A program made the position numbers and the translations under genes. Shown piece after piece: positions 11,091 to 19,334 of a stretch of 64,000 nt of DNA; the stretch's first letter is position 1; the number at the start of each line of letters is the position of its first letter. The notes under the pieces are model-generated. The model was given only the letters and a program-made list of their open reading frames with translations, was not told the DNA's origin and did not search any database. The stretch lies in IMG/VR virus record IMGVR_UViG_3300028549_000507, positions 32,001 through 96,000 of that record; one strand, written 5' to 3'. The stretch is from a virus. Taxonomy: Duplodnaviria; Caudoviricetes.

Positions 11091-11180
11091 TTACCACCAA
11101 TCTCTTCTAAAGAGTTTGTAAGTGATAAGTGATGCTACGCATGTAACCGCGATAATGATAAGTTTAGTTGCAACTTTCAT
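11091..11180 (-). CDS. 29-aa hydrophobic peptide MKVATKLIIIAVTCVASLITYKLFRRDWW
   Basis: Below the ORF-track cutoff; AGGA SD, own early-type promoter and downstream terminator. Confidence 0.6.
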   Translation of the reverse strand: MKVATKLIIIAVTCVASLITYKLFRRDWW

Positions 11181-11249
11181 AATGAATCCTATTCCTGGTA
11201 TTCGTACCATAGAAAAATTGTTATAGGATATAGATCAGTCAATCTATTC

Positions 11250-11265
11250 CACTATTAAATATATA
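11250..11265 (-). promoter_or_regulatory. Early-type promoter motif TATATATTTAATAGTG
   Basis: Same motif at 22192, 22645, 26952, 30777, 35224, 37320, 38900 and 43002, always intergenic and upstream of minus-strand units. Confidence 0.7.
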
Positions 11266-11298
11266 CTTTATAATTCATTTATTACAAAAAGGAGGGAA

Positions 11299-12693
11299 TT
11301 ACCCTCCTTCTTTTTTTGTAGTATTCAATAGAGTTATGGTTTCAAATGATTTAAATATATTATAATTACCTGAAGTATTCTCTGGATAGAATTCTTGGTT
11401 ATAATCTGATATAATGAATTTCTTTTCAACAAAACGTTCATTATCTTTAACATCTCCACCTACGACATTTATAGTAAATAGTACATTAGGTTTAAGACAA
11501 TCATCATCCATAGAATCCGATTCTATTACGTAGAATGAATCAATGCCAAGCGATTCGAGCATACTGAATAGGTTAAAGTTATTATTCAACTCATCATATT
11601 CAAAAGATACACCCATACCAGTCTTACTATGACTTAATGCATTTCTAATATATTGTCTAGCTGGAGATTCTGCTCCTTCGAATTTACCATCTTTATAACT
11701 AAACGTTTCCATACCGAAACCATAGTTAGTAAATGCTATACTATCTCCATATGCTTCACCGCTAACAATTCCTAAAGAATTATCTTTAACACCCTTAAAC
11801 ACTGTATGAGCGACAGTTGAATCGGTCTCATACATAGTCATTCCGCCAACATCACCATCAGTATTGTCGGTTTTAGAATATACATACAGATTACAATCTT
11901 TAACTTTACCTTCTTCATAATCATGCTCTAAAGAAAGTCTATTTAGTATATATAACTTACCATCATGATCGAAGAAAGATAATATACCTTTAAGATATAA
12001 TCCATATGTAACTTGCAACGCATCTAATGTATATTTAACATTCCCCGGAGGGATTATTATATTCTCAAAAGGAATTATATTATCAGGTTTATCTATTATA
12101 AACCCTTTACAACCACAAGTCTCAGCAATAAATCGTAGAGCAGTGTCTACCTGAATATAATCTACTCCTTTAGATCTAAGTACTGTATTGTATGTTTTCT
12201 TAAACATCATGTGGTAATCTAGGGTAGTTAGATACATTCGAACAGTATAGATATTTAATGCTCTATCTCGTTCATTTATAGTAGCGATATCCAAAGGTCC
12301 AGCATTCTCATCTTTAGAAGGATTCTCAGGAAAATCCCTAAGATTAGTAGTATCATCTGATTCTACAAGAGGAATGAATAGTTGTTCAAATACTATATCA
12401 TTCTCAACTAGAGTCTTGTCTGCACTATCTTTTGATGTTAAATATTTTAACTTCTCTTTAGTTAAATGTAATAGTAATCTATTATCATTTTTCTTTATAA
12501 ATCCGACATGATCAGCAGTCAGTTCTAATGTAATTGTCATCATTGGTGTGAATAAGTTGTTATACTTAACCACATTTGTTATACTTTGTATCTTTATAGG
12601 TTCAAATTCACCAGTACCATCATCTAAGAATAACTTACATGAAAATCTGTATCTGATACTATATTTTTGATCTTTATCTTTAGCAGCCATCAC
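11299..12693 (-). CDS. Putative virion structural protein (beta-rich, baseplate/tail-associated)
   Basis: 464 aa, downstream of the late promoter at 13729; no diagnostic motif. Confidence 0.4.
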   Translation of the reverse strand: MMAAKDKDQKYSIRYRFSCKLFLDDGTGEFEPIKIQSITNVVKYNNLFTPMMTITLELTADHVGFIKKNDNRLLLHLTKEKLKYLTSKDSADKTLVENDIVFEQLFIPLVESDDTTNLRDFPENPSKDENAGPLDIATINERDRALNIYTVRMYLTTLDYHMMFKKTYNTVLRSKGVDYIQVDTALRFIAETCGCKGFIIDKPDNIIPFENIIIPPGNVKYTLDALQVTYGLYLKGILSFFDHDGKLYILNRLSLEHDYEEGKVKDCNLYVYSKTDNTDGDVGGMTMYETDSTVAHTVFKGVKDNSLGIVSGEAYGDSIAFTNYGFGMETFSYKDGKFEGAESPARQYIRNALSHSKTGMGVSFEYDELNNNFNLFSMLESLGIDSFYVIESDSMDDDCLKPNVLFTINVVGGDVKDNERFVEKKFIISDYNQEFYPENTSGNYNIFKSFETITLLNTTKKEGG

Positions 12694-13718
12694 TACCCCA
12701 TTAACCAGTTAACATTTAATAGTAAATCTTCAAATACAAAGAAGTCATTGAACGAATGAACTGCTTTTGTATCAATTTTACTTTCCCATATCTTCATCAA
12801 ATCTTTAGATAACACATATAGTCTATTCATATAGTCTACATCTATTACCTTTAATCTAATTCCGAGAAGATCTATATCTTTTTGATTTATTTTTATACCA
12901 TCAATGAGTGATGGTATATCATTCTTATCTGTAAATTCCATTGTATTTTGTATAAGTATATTATATATCTTAGTACTTCGAACATGTTTAAGACTCTCTA
13001 ATTTAGGGAATCCATGTTTAAATCCGAGTATACATAGTAATACAGATATTAGATCCAAGTCTTTATAGTTATCTATTACAGTATCAAGCTTTAACCCAGA
13101 ACTTCCAAAGAATATGTCTGGTCCATGGTTTATATGATCGTGTTTTACATGGATCATATCTCTATCAATTCTAAGCATCTGCATTGCTAACATATTGTTA
13201 CCGATGTACATTATTCTACATCGTTTACCAATTTTTGCATTCATAGATGATATATTTGTAGCAGTGAAATATGCTACGTGTTGGTATAGATATTTCATTT
13301 CATTATCAAGTTTCTCTATAAATATAGTCTTTTTGAATAGATTAACTATAGAACAAACTTTAGAACACGTTATACTATATCTATCATAAATAGTGCTATC
13401 AGATGAATAAATGATAAGTACACTTTTACAACCAACTTTATCATTTATAAAATGTCTATAGTGTGCGGCTGTATTCAATATTCCGTATGCTATTCTTGTA
13501 ATTGTTAAATTATCAAGTTCTCTATCTTTGAAATTGGAATGTTCATCTATATTATGAATACTTTCCATAAATCTAAGTATATAAGCGATGTCCAACATTA
13601 CTATAAACTTATCTTTCTTATAACTCTCGTCTAATTCGGTTTCAAAGAACTCTGTCAATTTGGCAAATTGTAATTTAGAATAATTACACGATAAGTCGAT
13701 CTTTTCATTTTCAAGCAT
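12693..13718 (-). CDS. Possible degenerate 5'-3' exonuclease (PIN/FEN-like) fold protein
   Basis: FIVMLDIAY, IMYIGNNMLAMQML and an H3TH-like segment echo FEN motifs, but acidic residues are missing. Confidence 0.35.
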   Translation of the reverse strand: MLENEKIDLSCNYSKLQFAKLTEFFETELDESYKKDKFIVMLDIAYILRFMESIHNIDEHSNFKDRELDNLTITRIAYGILNTAAHYRHFINDKVGCKSVLIIYSSDSTIYDRYSITCSKVCSIVNLFKKTIFIEKLDNEMKYLYQHVAYFTATNISSMNAKIGKRCRIMYIGNNMLAMQMLRIDRDMIHVKHDHINHGPDIFFGSSGLKLDTVIDNYKDLDLISVLLCILGFKHGFPKLESLKHVRSTKIYNILIQNTMEFTDKNDIPSLIDGIKINQKDIDLLGIRLKVIDVDYMNRLYVLSKDLMKIWESKIDTKAVHSFNDFFVFEDLLLNVNWLMG

Positions 13719-13728
13719 AGTATACCTC

Positions 13729-13740
13729 CATTAAGATGTT
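13729..13740 (-). promoter_or_regulatory. Late-type promoter AACA-N6-TG
   Basis: AACATCTTAATG on the minus strand; divergent partner AACATATTAATA at 13768-13779 (+). Confidence 0.65.
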
Positions 13741-13804
13741 TCGTCGAGATTAATATATTACCCAGTCAACATATTAATATATAACTTAAAGTAGGAGTTT
13801 AGAA

Positions 13805-14716
13805 ATGGCAGAGACACCAAAGTTTCTTGATATAAAAACATTTATGAATCCGGCAGGACAAGCATCACATGCACGATTGATTATAAATGCATTCGTTGAT
13901 AGATATAAACAGTTTATAGTGAAAACTATAAATATGAAAGCATATAAAGATGGTAAAAGTTATGTATTCTTATTTAAAATACCTTCTGAAAAGAATCACT
14001 TATACCTTACAGATATGTTTTACGATATCATAGTAGAGTTCTATCCTAGACCAAATACTACCAATGAAGATGATAAAACTGTAATAGACTATGGTCTGAG
14101 AGTTTTTAGTAATTGTCCCACATTCGTATTTCAGTATACTCACTTATATTACAAGATGGGCGCACTATATAGAAAGATAGATACAAACCACTACAGTCAT
14201 ACGGCATTGGAAGAGCCTGCTAAGATTGCAAATCCTTATAAATTAGTAGGTATTGAAAAATCAATATTTTATGCTCTTAATTATATATTTGAGAAAACGA
14301 ATTATAATAAAGGTAAGATAGATGGATTACTTATTAAACTTCCTAAAATTGAGACCGGATTCCAATTTCCAGGCAATCTATTTAGTGATGTAAAGACTCA
14401 AGATTCTAAGATGAATGAGATTGCTAAGCATAACAAAAGTAGATTAAATGAAAAAAAGAGGAAGAAACGTAAAGCGGGACATTCTCAAGTTGAATTGAGA
14501 TTAGGTAATACTGTACTAGCTAGTGACGAAGTTGGTGGTAGAAAGAGTAAAAGGAATCTTCTAGAGAGTGATTTGGTTCGTAGAGAAGATAACTTTAAAA
14601 GTAATCTGACTCATAGTTTTAAGAAAGAATCTGTTAAAAATTCTCTTACAACTTCTAAACTAAAAACATCGGGTCTTACGACATCTAGGATTAAGTCTAA
14701 ATTAAAGAAAAAATAA
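13805..14716 (+). CDS. Hypothetical protein with basic C-terminal tail
   Basis: 303-aa ORF, K/R/S-rich C-terminus. Confidence 0.6.
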   Translation: MAETPKFLDIKTFMNPAGQASHARLIINAFVDRYKQFIVKTINMKAYKDGKSYVFLFKIPSEKNHLYLTDMFYDIIVEFYPRPNTTNEDDKTVIDYGLRVFSNCPTFVFQYTHLYYKMGALYRKIDTNHYSHTALEEPAKIANPYKLVGIEKSIFYALNYIFEKTNYNKGKIDGLLIKLPKIETGFQFPGNLFSDVKTQDSKMNEIAKHNKSRLNEKKRKKRKAGHSQVELRLGNTVLASDEVGGRKSKRNLLESDLVRREDNFKSNLTHSFKKESVKNSLTTSKLKTSGLTTSRIKSKLKKK

Positions 14717-14742
14717 ATAAGGAGGGATAATACCCTCCTTAT

Positions 14743-15327
14743 TTACAATTTAACTTTATCAAGTTCTCTTCTAACATCATCAGACTCTAAACGAGTTATT
14801 TTGATAAAGTTATTAATGTATAGTTCAGATGGATTGATTTTGTAATATATCAAACCTCCAAAATATTTACTAAAGAATATCAATGCCAATCTTGACGTTT
14901 TCTTGACAATCTTTCTAATAAATGATTTTTCGGGATATTGAATATTATAGTCAATAAGCTTTTTAAATAGTATATCACATACTTCTCTATCAAAAAAATT
15001 ATTAGCATACAATCCATCGTGATATAGAGTTGGAATCAGAGTATCCGCAGATACTCTAACTACATCTCCAATATTTATAGGGGATGTTACTCCATCCCAT
15101 ATAATACCCTCAGAAACATCGATACTATAGAACTCATTCTTAACACTAATAATCATGTGACTAGGTTCACAAGTTGTCATTATGTTAGATGGGAACTTTT
15201 TGTATCGACCTATTATTTTAGATTTATACACTGGATTAGTCTGTAACTCCTCCATATGCATAAATCTAAATGGTATACTTTTTTTAGGGTATATTATAAT
15301 CATTACATCATTTTCTTTAATACTCAT
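14743..15327 (-). CDS. DUF1353-like protein
   Basis: EGIIWDGVTSP ... LYHDGLY matches the DUF1353 G-x-x-x-DG-x-S-x-P / HD-x-LY pattern. Confidence 0.65.
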   Translation of the reverse strand: MSIKENDVMIIIYPKKSIPFRFMHMEELQTNPVYKSKIIGRYKKFPSNIMTTCEPSHMIISVKNEFYSIDVSEGIIWDGVTSPINIGDVVRVSADTLIPTLYHDGLYANNFFDREVCDILFKKLIDYNIQYPEKSFIRKIVKKTSRLALIFFSKYFGGLIYYKINPSELYINNFIKITRLESDDVRRELDKVKL

Positions 15328-15348
15328 AGTTTAATTCCCTTAACCTTA

Positions 15349-16467
15349 TTAACAATAAGATAATAATCGGTTTCGTTGTTCGAATCCGTAATCTATCCCT
15401 TCTACAATACTATTATGAACGAATAGTTTATCTTCATCTATCATCTGACTAATTACATCCGTAACTTCGTAAGATGAATCTGCTGAGGAACTAACATCAC
15501 TATCTGCTTGTTGATTGTCATAATCTTTGTATATTATTCTACACTTGGAACCGATTATTGAAGGTGAGTACATAAGTCTCACACTGCCGTAGCGATCCTC
15601 TATAACTTTCCCAATTTGGCGTAGAGCAAACATAACATTTTCAATTTCAATCTCAGCATGACCAGGTGTCATATATTTTTTACCGATAACAGAACTATTT
15701 CTGAAATTCATTCCCATTTGGGTATCATATGCGAATACACCACCATTCACGGTGTAATCGCACCCTGTAATGAAGTTTAGATCTGATATAACTTCATTTG
15801 ATGAACGGAGTTCACTATCATTAGTAAACATTATCTTTTTATCATCATTAATCAGAAGACTATCATTTATCGTATCAAACATCTTAGGGTGTTGTAAATA
15901 TAACGTTGTAACATCATCGATAATGTCCAACCCATACAATCTAGTAAACTCCCGAATTCCGGGATTGACATCATTTTCAACAGCATATTCATGCTCTTGG
16001 GTATAAAATCTCGGATCTACAAGTAATTTTGTTTCAACATATTCACTTATCTCATAACTATTAAATGTACAAGAGTAAAGATTGGCTACATCATTTCTAG
16101 TAAATCCTAAATCATAGTCCGAATCTCTATCGAGTCTTTTAGCTGATAGTATGGTTAGTTCGCTAACCTTAAATCTATCAATTAATGATCCTCCGATATG
16201 GGGGAGTTGGCATGAATAAACATACACAGCCATGAACGAAAGTGTTCCATTATCTCTATTTGATACGGATTCGAATATCACTTTATCAGATCGGGTTGTG
16301 GATATGTTTACTTGTATAACTTTACACACATCACCAATTCTTTCATCATGAAATATATGGATAAATCTTCTACGATCAATAAGTCCCGCTTCTTTAGCAT
16401 TTTCACCGTGCTTACTTAACAATGAATCGCCTAACAAATCGTAATTATTTCCCGTTGGAATATACAT
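15349..16467 (-). CDS. Hypothetical protein
   Basis: 372-aa ORF behind a late-type promoter at 16479-16490. Confidence 0.6.
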   Translation of the reverse strand: MYIPTGNNYDLLGDSLLSKHGENAKEAGLIDRRRFIHIFHDERIGDVCKVIQVNISTTRSDKVIFESVSNRDNGTLSFMAVYVYSCQLPHIGGSLIDRFKVSELTILSAKRLDRDSDYDLGFTRNDVANLYSCTFNSYEISEYVETKLLVDPRFYTQEHEYAVENDVNPGIREFTRLYGLDIIDDVTTLYLQHPKMFDTINDSLLINDDKKIMFTNDSELRSSNEVISDLNFITGCDYTVNGGVFAYDTQMGMNFRNSSVIGKKYMTPGHAEIEIENVMFALRQIGKVIEDRYGSVRLMYSPSIIGSKCRIIYKDYDNQQADSDVSSSADSSYEVTDVISQMIDEDKLFVHNSIVEGIDYGFEQRNRLLSYC

Positions 16468-16495
16468 TAAAATTCTCCCACTTAAATGTTCAAGT

Positions 16496-17563
16496 TTAAA
16501 AGATATGATCTATCCAATGAATGGAATCGAAATGTTGTTCATTCCTAAACTTACCTATATCATAAGTAAAGTCTTTGGTTATAAATCCACCATTATGTTT
16601 ATCATACTTTATAATTCTAATAGCAATGTTGCCTATAGTAGCTTTTACCATAAGTCTAAAATTGAATTCGAATTCATCTTTTATAAAATCCATAGATGTT
16701 ACGAATGTTTCTATGGCATTATTTTCTATTTGAGTTCTATAAATATCGTTTGGAAGCTTGTGATCTGTAATATACTTTATCCTGGATAACCCATCTATAG
16801 TATCGTAGCAAAATTCCAAACCATTGTAAAGCAGAGTCAACTTCAGGTCAGTGACAGGTCCTACTATCATATACTTGAGGTAATCGATTGTGTCACTATG
16901 ACTTAATCCCTCATTATATTGACATTCCATAGACTCCATATCAAAGGCATGACTAGTCTGCAAGTTAGAGTAGTTTGATTTATTTGTAACGATCATTCTA
17001 GTATTCTCATCAATTAATTCTTTGAGAATAACTTTGTAATGATCTATCTTCATGTAATCGCCATTGTTAAGAAACACATCACCACCAAATGCTCTATCGA
17101 TATTTTCCAGCCCTATAGCTTGGTGCTCTTCATTATAGTACCTGATATCAGGTATTTTTGCAAAATTATCAGTATAACTAAAGTTATCAACATAAGATGT
17201 GTGAGCTCTCAACTCATCGAATCTATTTCTACGTAAATCATAATCGTGCATTCCGTATGATAGATCTTTAACAAATAGCTCAGAGTGCATATTTAATGCA
17301 TCCCTATAGTTTCCATCTGTAGGAATTCTAGAGAAAACCATACCTAAACAATGGTATATGTTTACATTTTGAACCTGTTGTTTGTTTGAAAGTATTCCGA
17401 CAGCACTACCTCCTTTAGTAGCACAAATATTAACCACAGTTATCTGCGACGGCTCCATCACAGAATTAGGTAATTCGAAAATTATATATCGTTTGTTATA
17501 CACGATATTGGATAAATTTGTAAAAGATTTACCCTTTAAAGATCCGCCTGTATTTATATACAA
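16496..17563 (-). CDS. Hypothetical protein
   Basis: 355-aa ORF; starts MYINTG, similar to the MYIPTG start of its neighbour. Confidence 0.6.
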   Translation of the reverse strand: MYINTGGSLKGKSFTNLSNIVYNKRYIIFELPNSVMEPSQITVVNICATKGGSAVGILSNKQQVQNVNIYHCLGMVFSRIPTDGNYRDALNMHSELFVKDLSYGMHDYDLRRNRFDELRAHTSYVDNFSYTDNFAKIPDIRYYNEEHQAIGLENIDRAFGGDVFLNNGDYMKIDHYKVILKELIDENTRMIVTNKSNYSNLQTSHAFDMESMECQYNEGLSHSDTIDYLKYMIVGPVTDLKLTLLYNGLEFCYDTIDGLSRIKYITDHKLPNDIYRTQIENNAIETFVTSMDFIKDEFEFNFRLMVKATIGNIAIRIIKYDKHNGGFITKDFTYDIGKFRNEQHFDSIHWIDHIF

Positions 17564-17618
17564 TTTAAACTCCTTTTAAAAAATATAATGGTTGGGACAT
17601 TCCCAACCATTATACATT

Positions 17619-19241
17619 CTAGTTTATAATCTTTAAATAAAACTCTAAGATCTCATTAATAAGCTCTTCATCAGAGTGTTTTATGATATTACCGTTACGT
17701 GGATCTCCGAAATTATTATATACAAACTTATCGTTTGCAAGATGAATTACATCGTCTCGAATAAAGTCTTTCTTTTCAAAGAAACCTCTAATAAAACGAT
17801 ATTTTCCATCAACAATCTCAGTATATCTAGGATCTTCATAAAACTTTCTATCAGAGTTCTTTCCGCCCCATCGCTGTGTAAACGAATGTCCGACACAATT
17901 GGATGCGACATAATCTGCAAGAATATTAAACCCTTGTTTTCTCAAATACTTAATAGTAAGTATGAGTAATCTGACATAGTTATGTCTATTATTATCATAC
18001 ATATTATCAATCCCACCATAACTGTGTGAGAAGATGTTGAATATAGTTTTAGATTGCATATTATGAAGATATAGATTATTCATATAGAATAGATATTCTT
18101 CATACGAATCAATGAATACCCCATATCGAGCAGATATCTTACCAATCGTATCATCAGCAGTATATCGTCTAACGATTTTTAGCAATTCATCTGGACGAGC
18201 TATCTTATTCTCATGAATCTCTATCTCAGTCACAATGTTATCATCGCTACCGGTATTCTTATAATCGTCCCCAAACCCGTTCAAATGGTTATACCCATTA
18301 TCAGTTTGAGGCGTCCAAGTTGCCGATGTATTTTTGATAACTCCTAGAAGATATGATGCAGCTTTATCGACTGGTTCAATTACCGCAATAATCTTTGCAA
18401 GAACCTTAGAAAAGTTATTCTCAATCTCAGTATCAGTTGTAATACCTTTGATTGCCATATTGTCATACATCTTCTTGTGAACTTTTACAGAGTTCTTAAC
18501 GATCTTAGTCGTATATCTGTGTAGTTTATCAAGGATATCATTATCATATTTAAGAGTCAAAGACATTCTTTTAAACAACGCAATAGCCAGATCGTGGAAG
18601 AATTCTTTAGAATCAACTTCTCGGATCATGATATTACAATAATGAGTACAGATAGGAACGATAAGATTTGCGGCATATTTAACATGACACATACCTTTAA
18701 TATCCATATCGGTAAATGTCATATCCATGGAATGTTTATGTTTGGTTGAATCGATTAATTCATCCATACTTCCCATATATACTGAATCTACGTAATTGAA
18801 AATTATCTTAATAATGTTATCTGTTACAACATTCATAAGCTCATTTATAAATACAGGATAGGGGATCTTCGTAAGTTCTCCACCATCATCAATATCCATT
18901 TTCATAGATATTATATTAAGGATAAACTCTTCAGTGTCTCTTAATCCTTCATTATATTTGCGTTTAATCTTGTCGCCAGTATCAATATGAACAAATTGTT
19001 CTGTAAATGAATGGTTTAGAATTCGATTATTATTATCGACTATCAGAGCATTATATCTTTTGAATATACGTTTTGCCGATAGCGATACTCTGAAAGTATC
19101 ATATGGCTTAGCGAAATCGAAGAGTTTACTTACATCAATTGTAATATCTCCCGGACTATCTGTAGATAGTTTGAAGAAGTGCTTACCTTTGAAAGGCTTT
19201 TGCACAAACTCATACTTCTCTTTCTCAATATCTTCGCTCAT
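17619..19241 (-). CDS. Non-virion RNAP promoter-specificity (sigma-like) subunit, AR9 gp226 / phiKZ gp68-like
   Basis: Colinear resemblance to AR9 gp226 as I recall it (ITIDVSKLF, LIVPICTHY, ILDKLHRY, AASYLLGVIK, C-terminal EELINEILEFYL). Start moved to ATG 19241; early-type motif variant at 19269-19284. Needs HHpred confirmation. Confidence 0.7.
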   Translation of the reverse strand: MSEDIEKEKYEFVQKPFKGKHFFKLSTDSPGDITIDVSKLFDFAKPYDTFRVSLSAKRIFKRYNALIVDNNNRILNHSFTEQFVHIDTGDKIKRKYNEGLRDTEEFILNIISMKMDIDDGGELTKIPYPVFINELMNVVTDNIIKIIFNYVDSVYMGSMDELIDSTKHKHSMDMTFTDMDIKGMCHVKYAANLIVPICTHYCNIMIREVDSKEFFHDLAIALFKRMSLTLKYDNDILDKLHRYTTKIVKNSVKVHKKMYDNMAIKGITTDTEIENNFSKVLAKIIAVIEPVDKAASYLLGVIKNTSATWTPQTDNGYNHLNGFGDDYKNTGSDDNIVTEIEIHENKIARPDELLKIVRRYTADDTIGKISARYGVFIDSYEEYLFYMNNLYLHNMQSKTIFNIFSHSYGGIDNMYDNNRHNYVRLLILTIKYLRKQGFNILADYVASNCVGHSFTQRWGGKNSDRKFYEDPRYTEIVDGKYRFIRGFFEKKDFIRDDVIHLANDKFVYNNFGDPRNGNIIKHSDEELINEILEFYLKIIN

Positions 19242-19334
19242 ACGTTCCCCAAAGTTAAAGTTATTCAAGTAGTAAATATATACTCATATACTCACTTTAA
19301 GATATTGCGGGAATTGTTTAATTCCCGCAAATAA

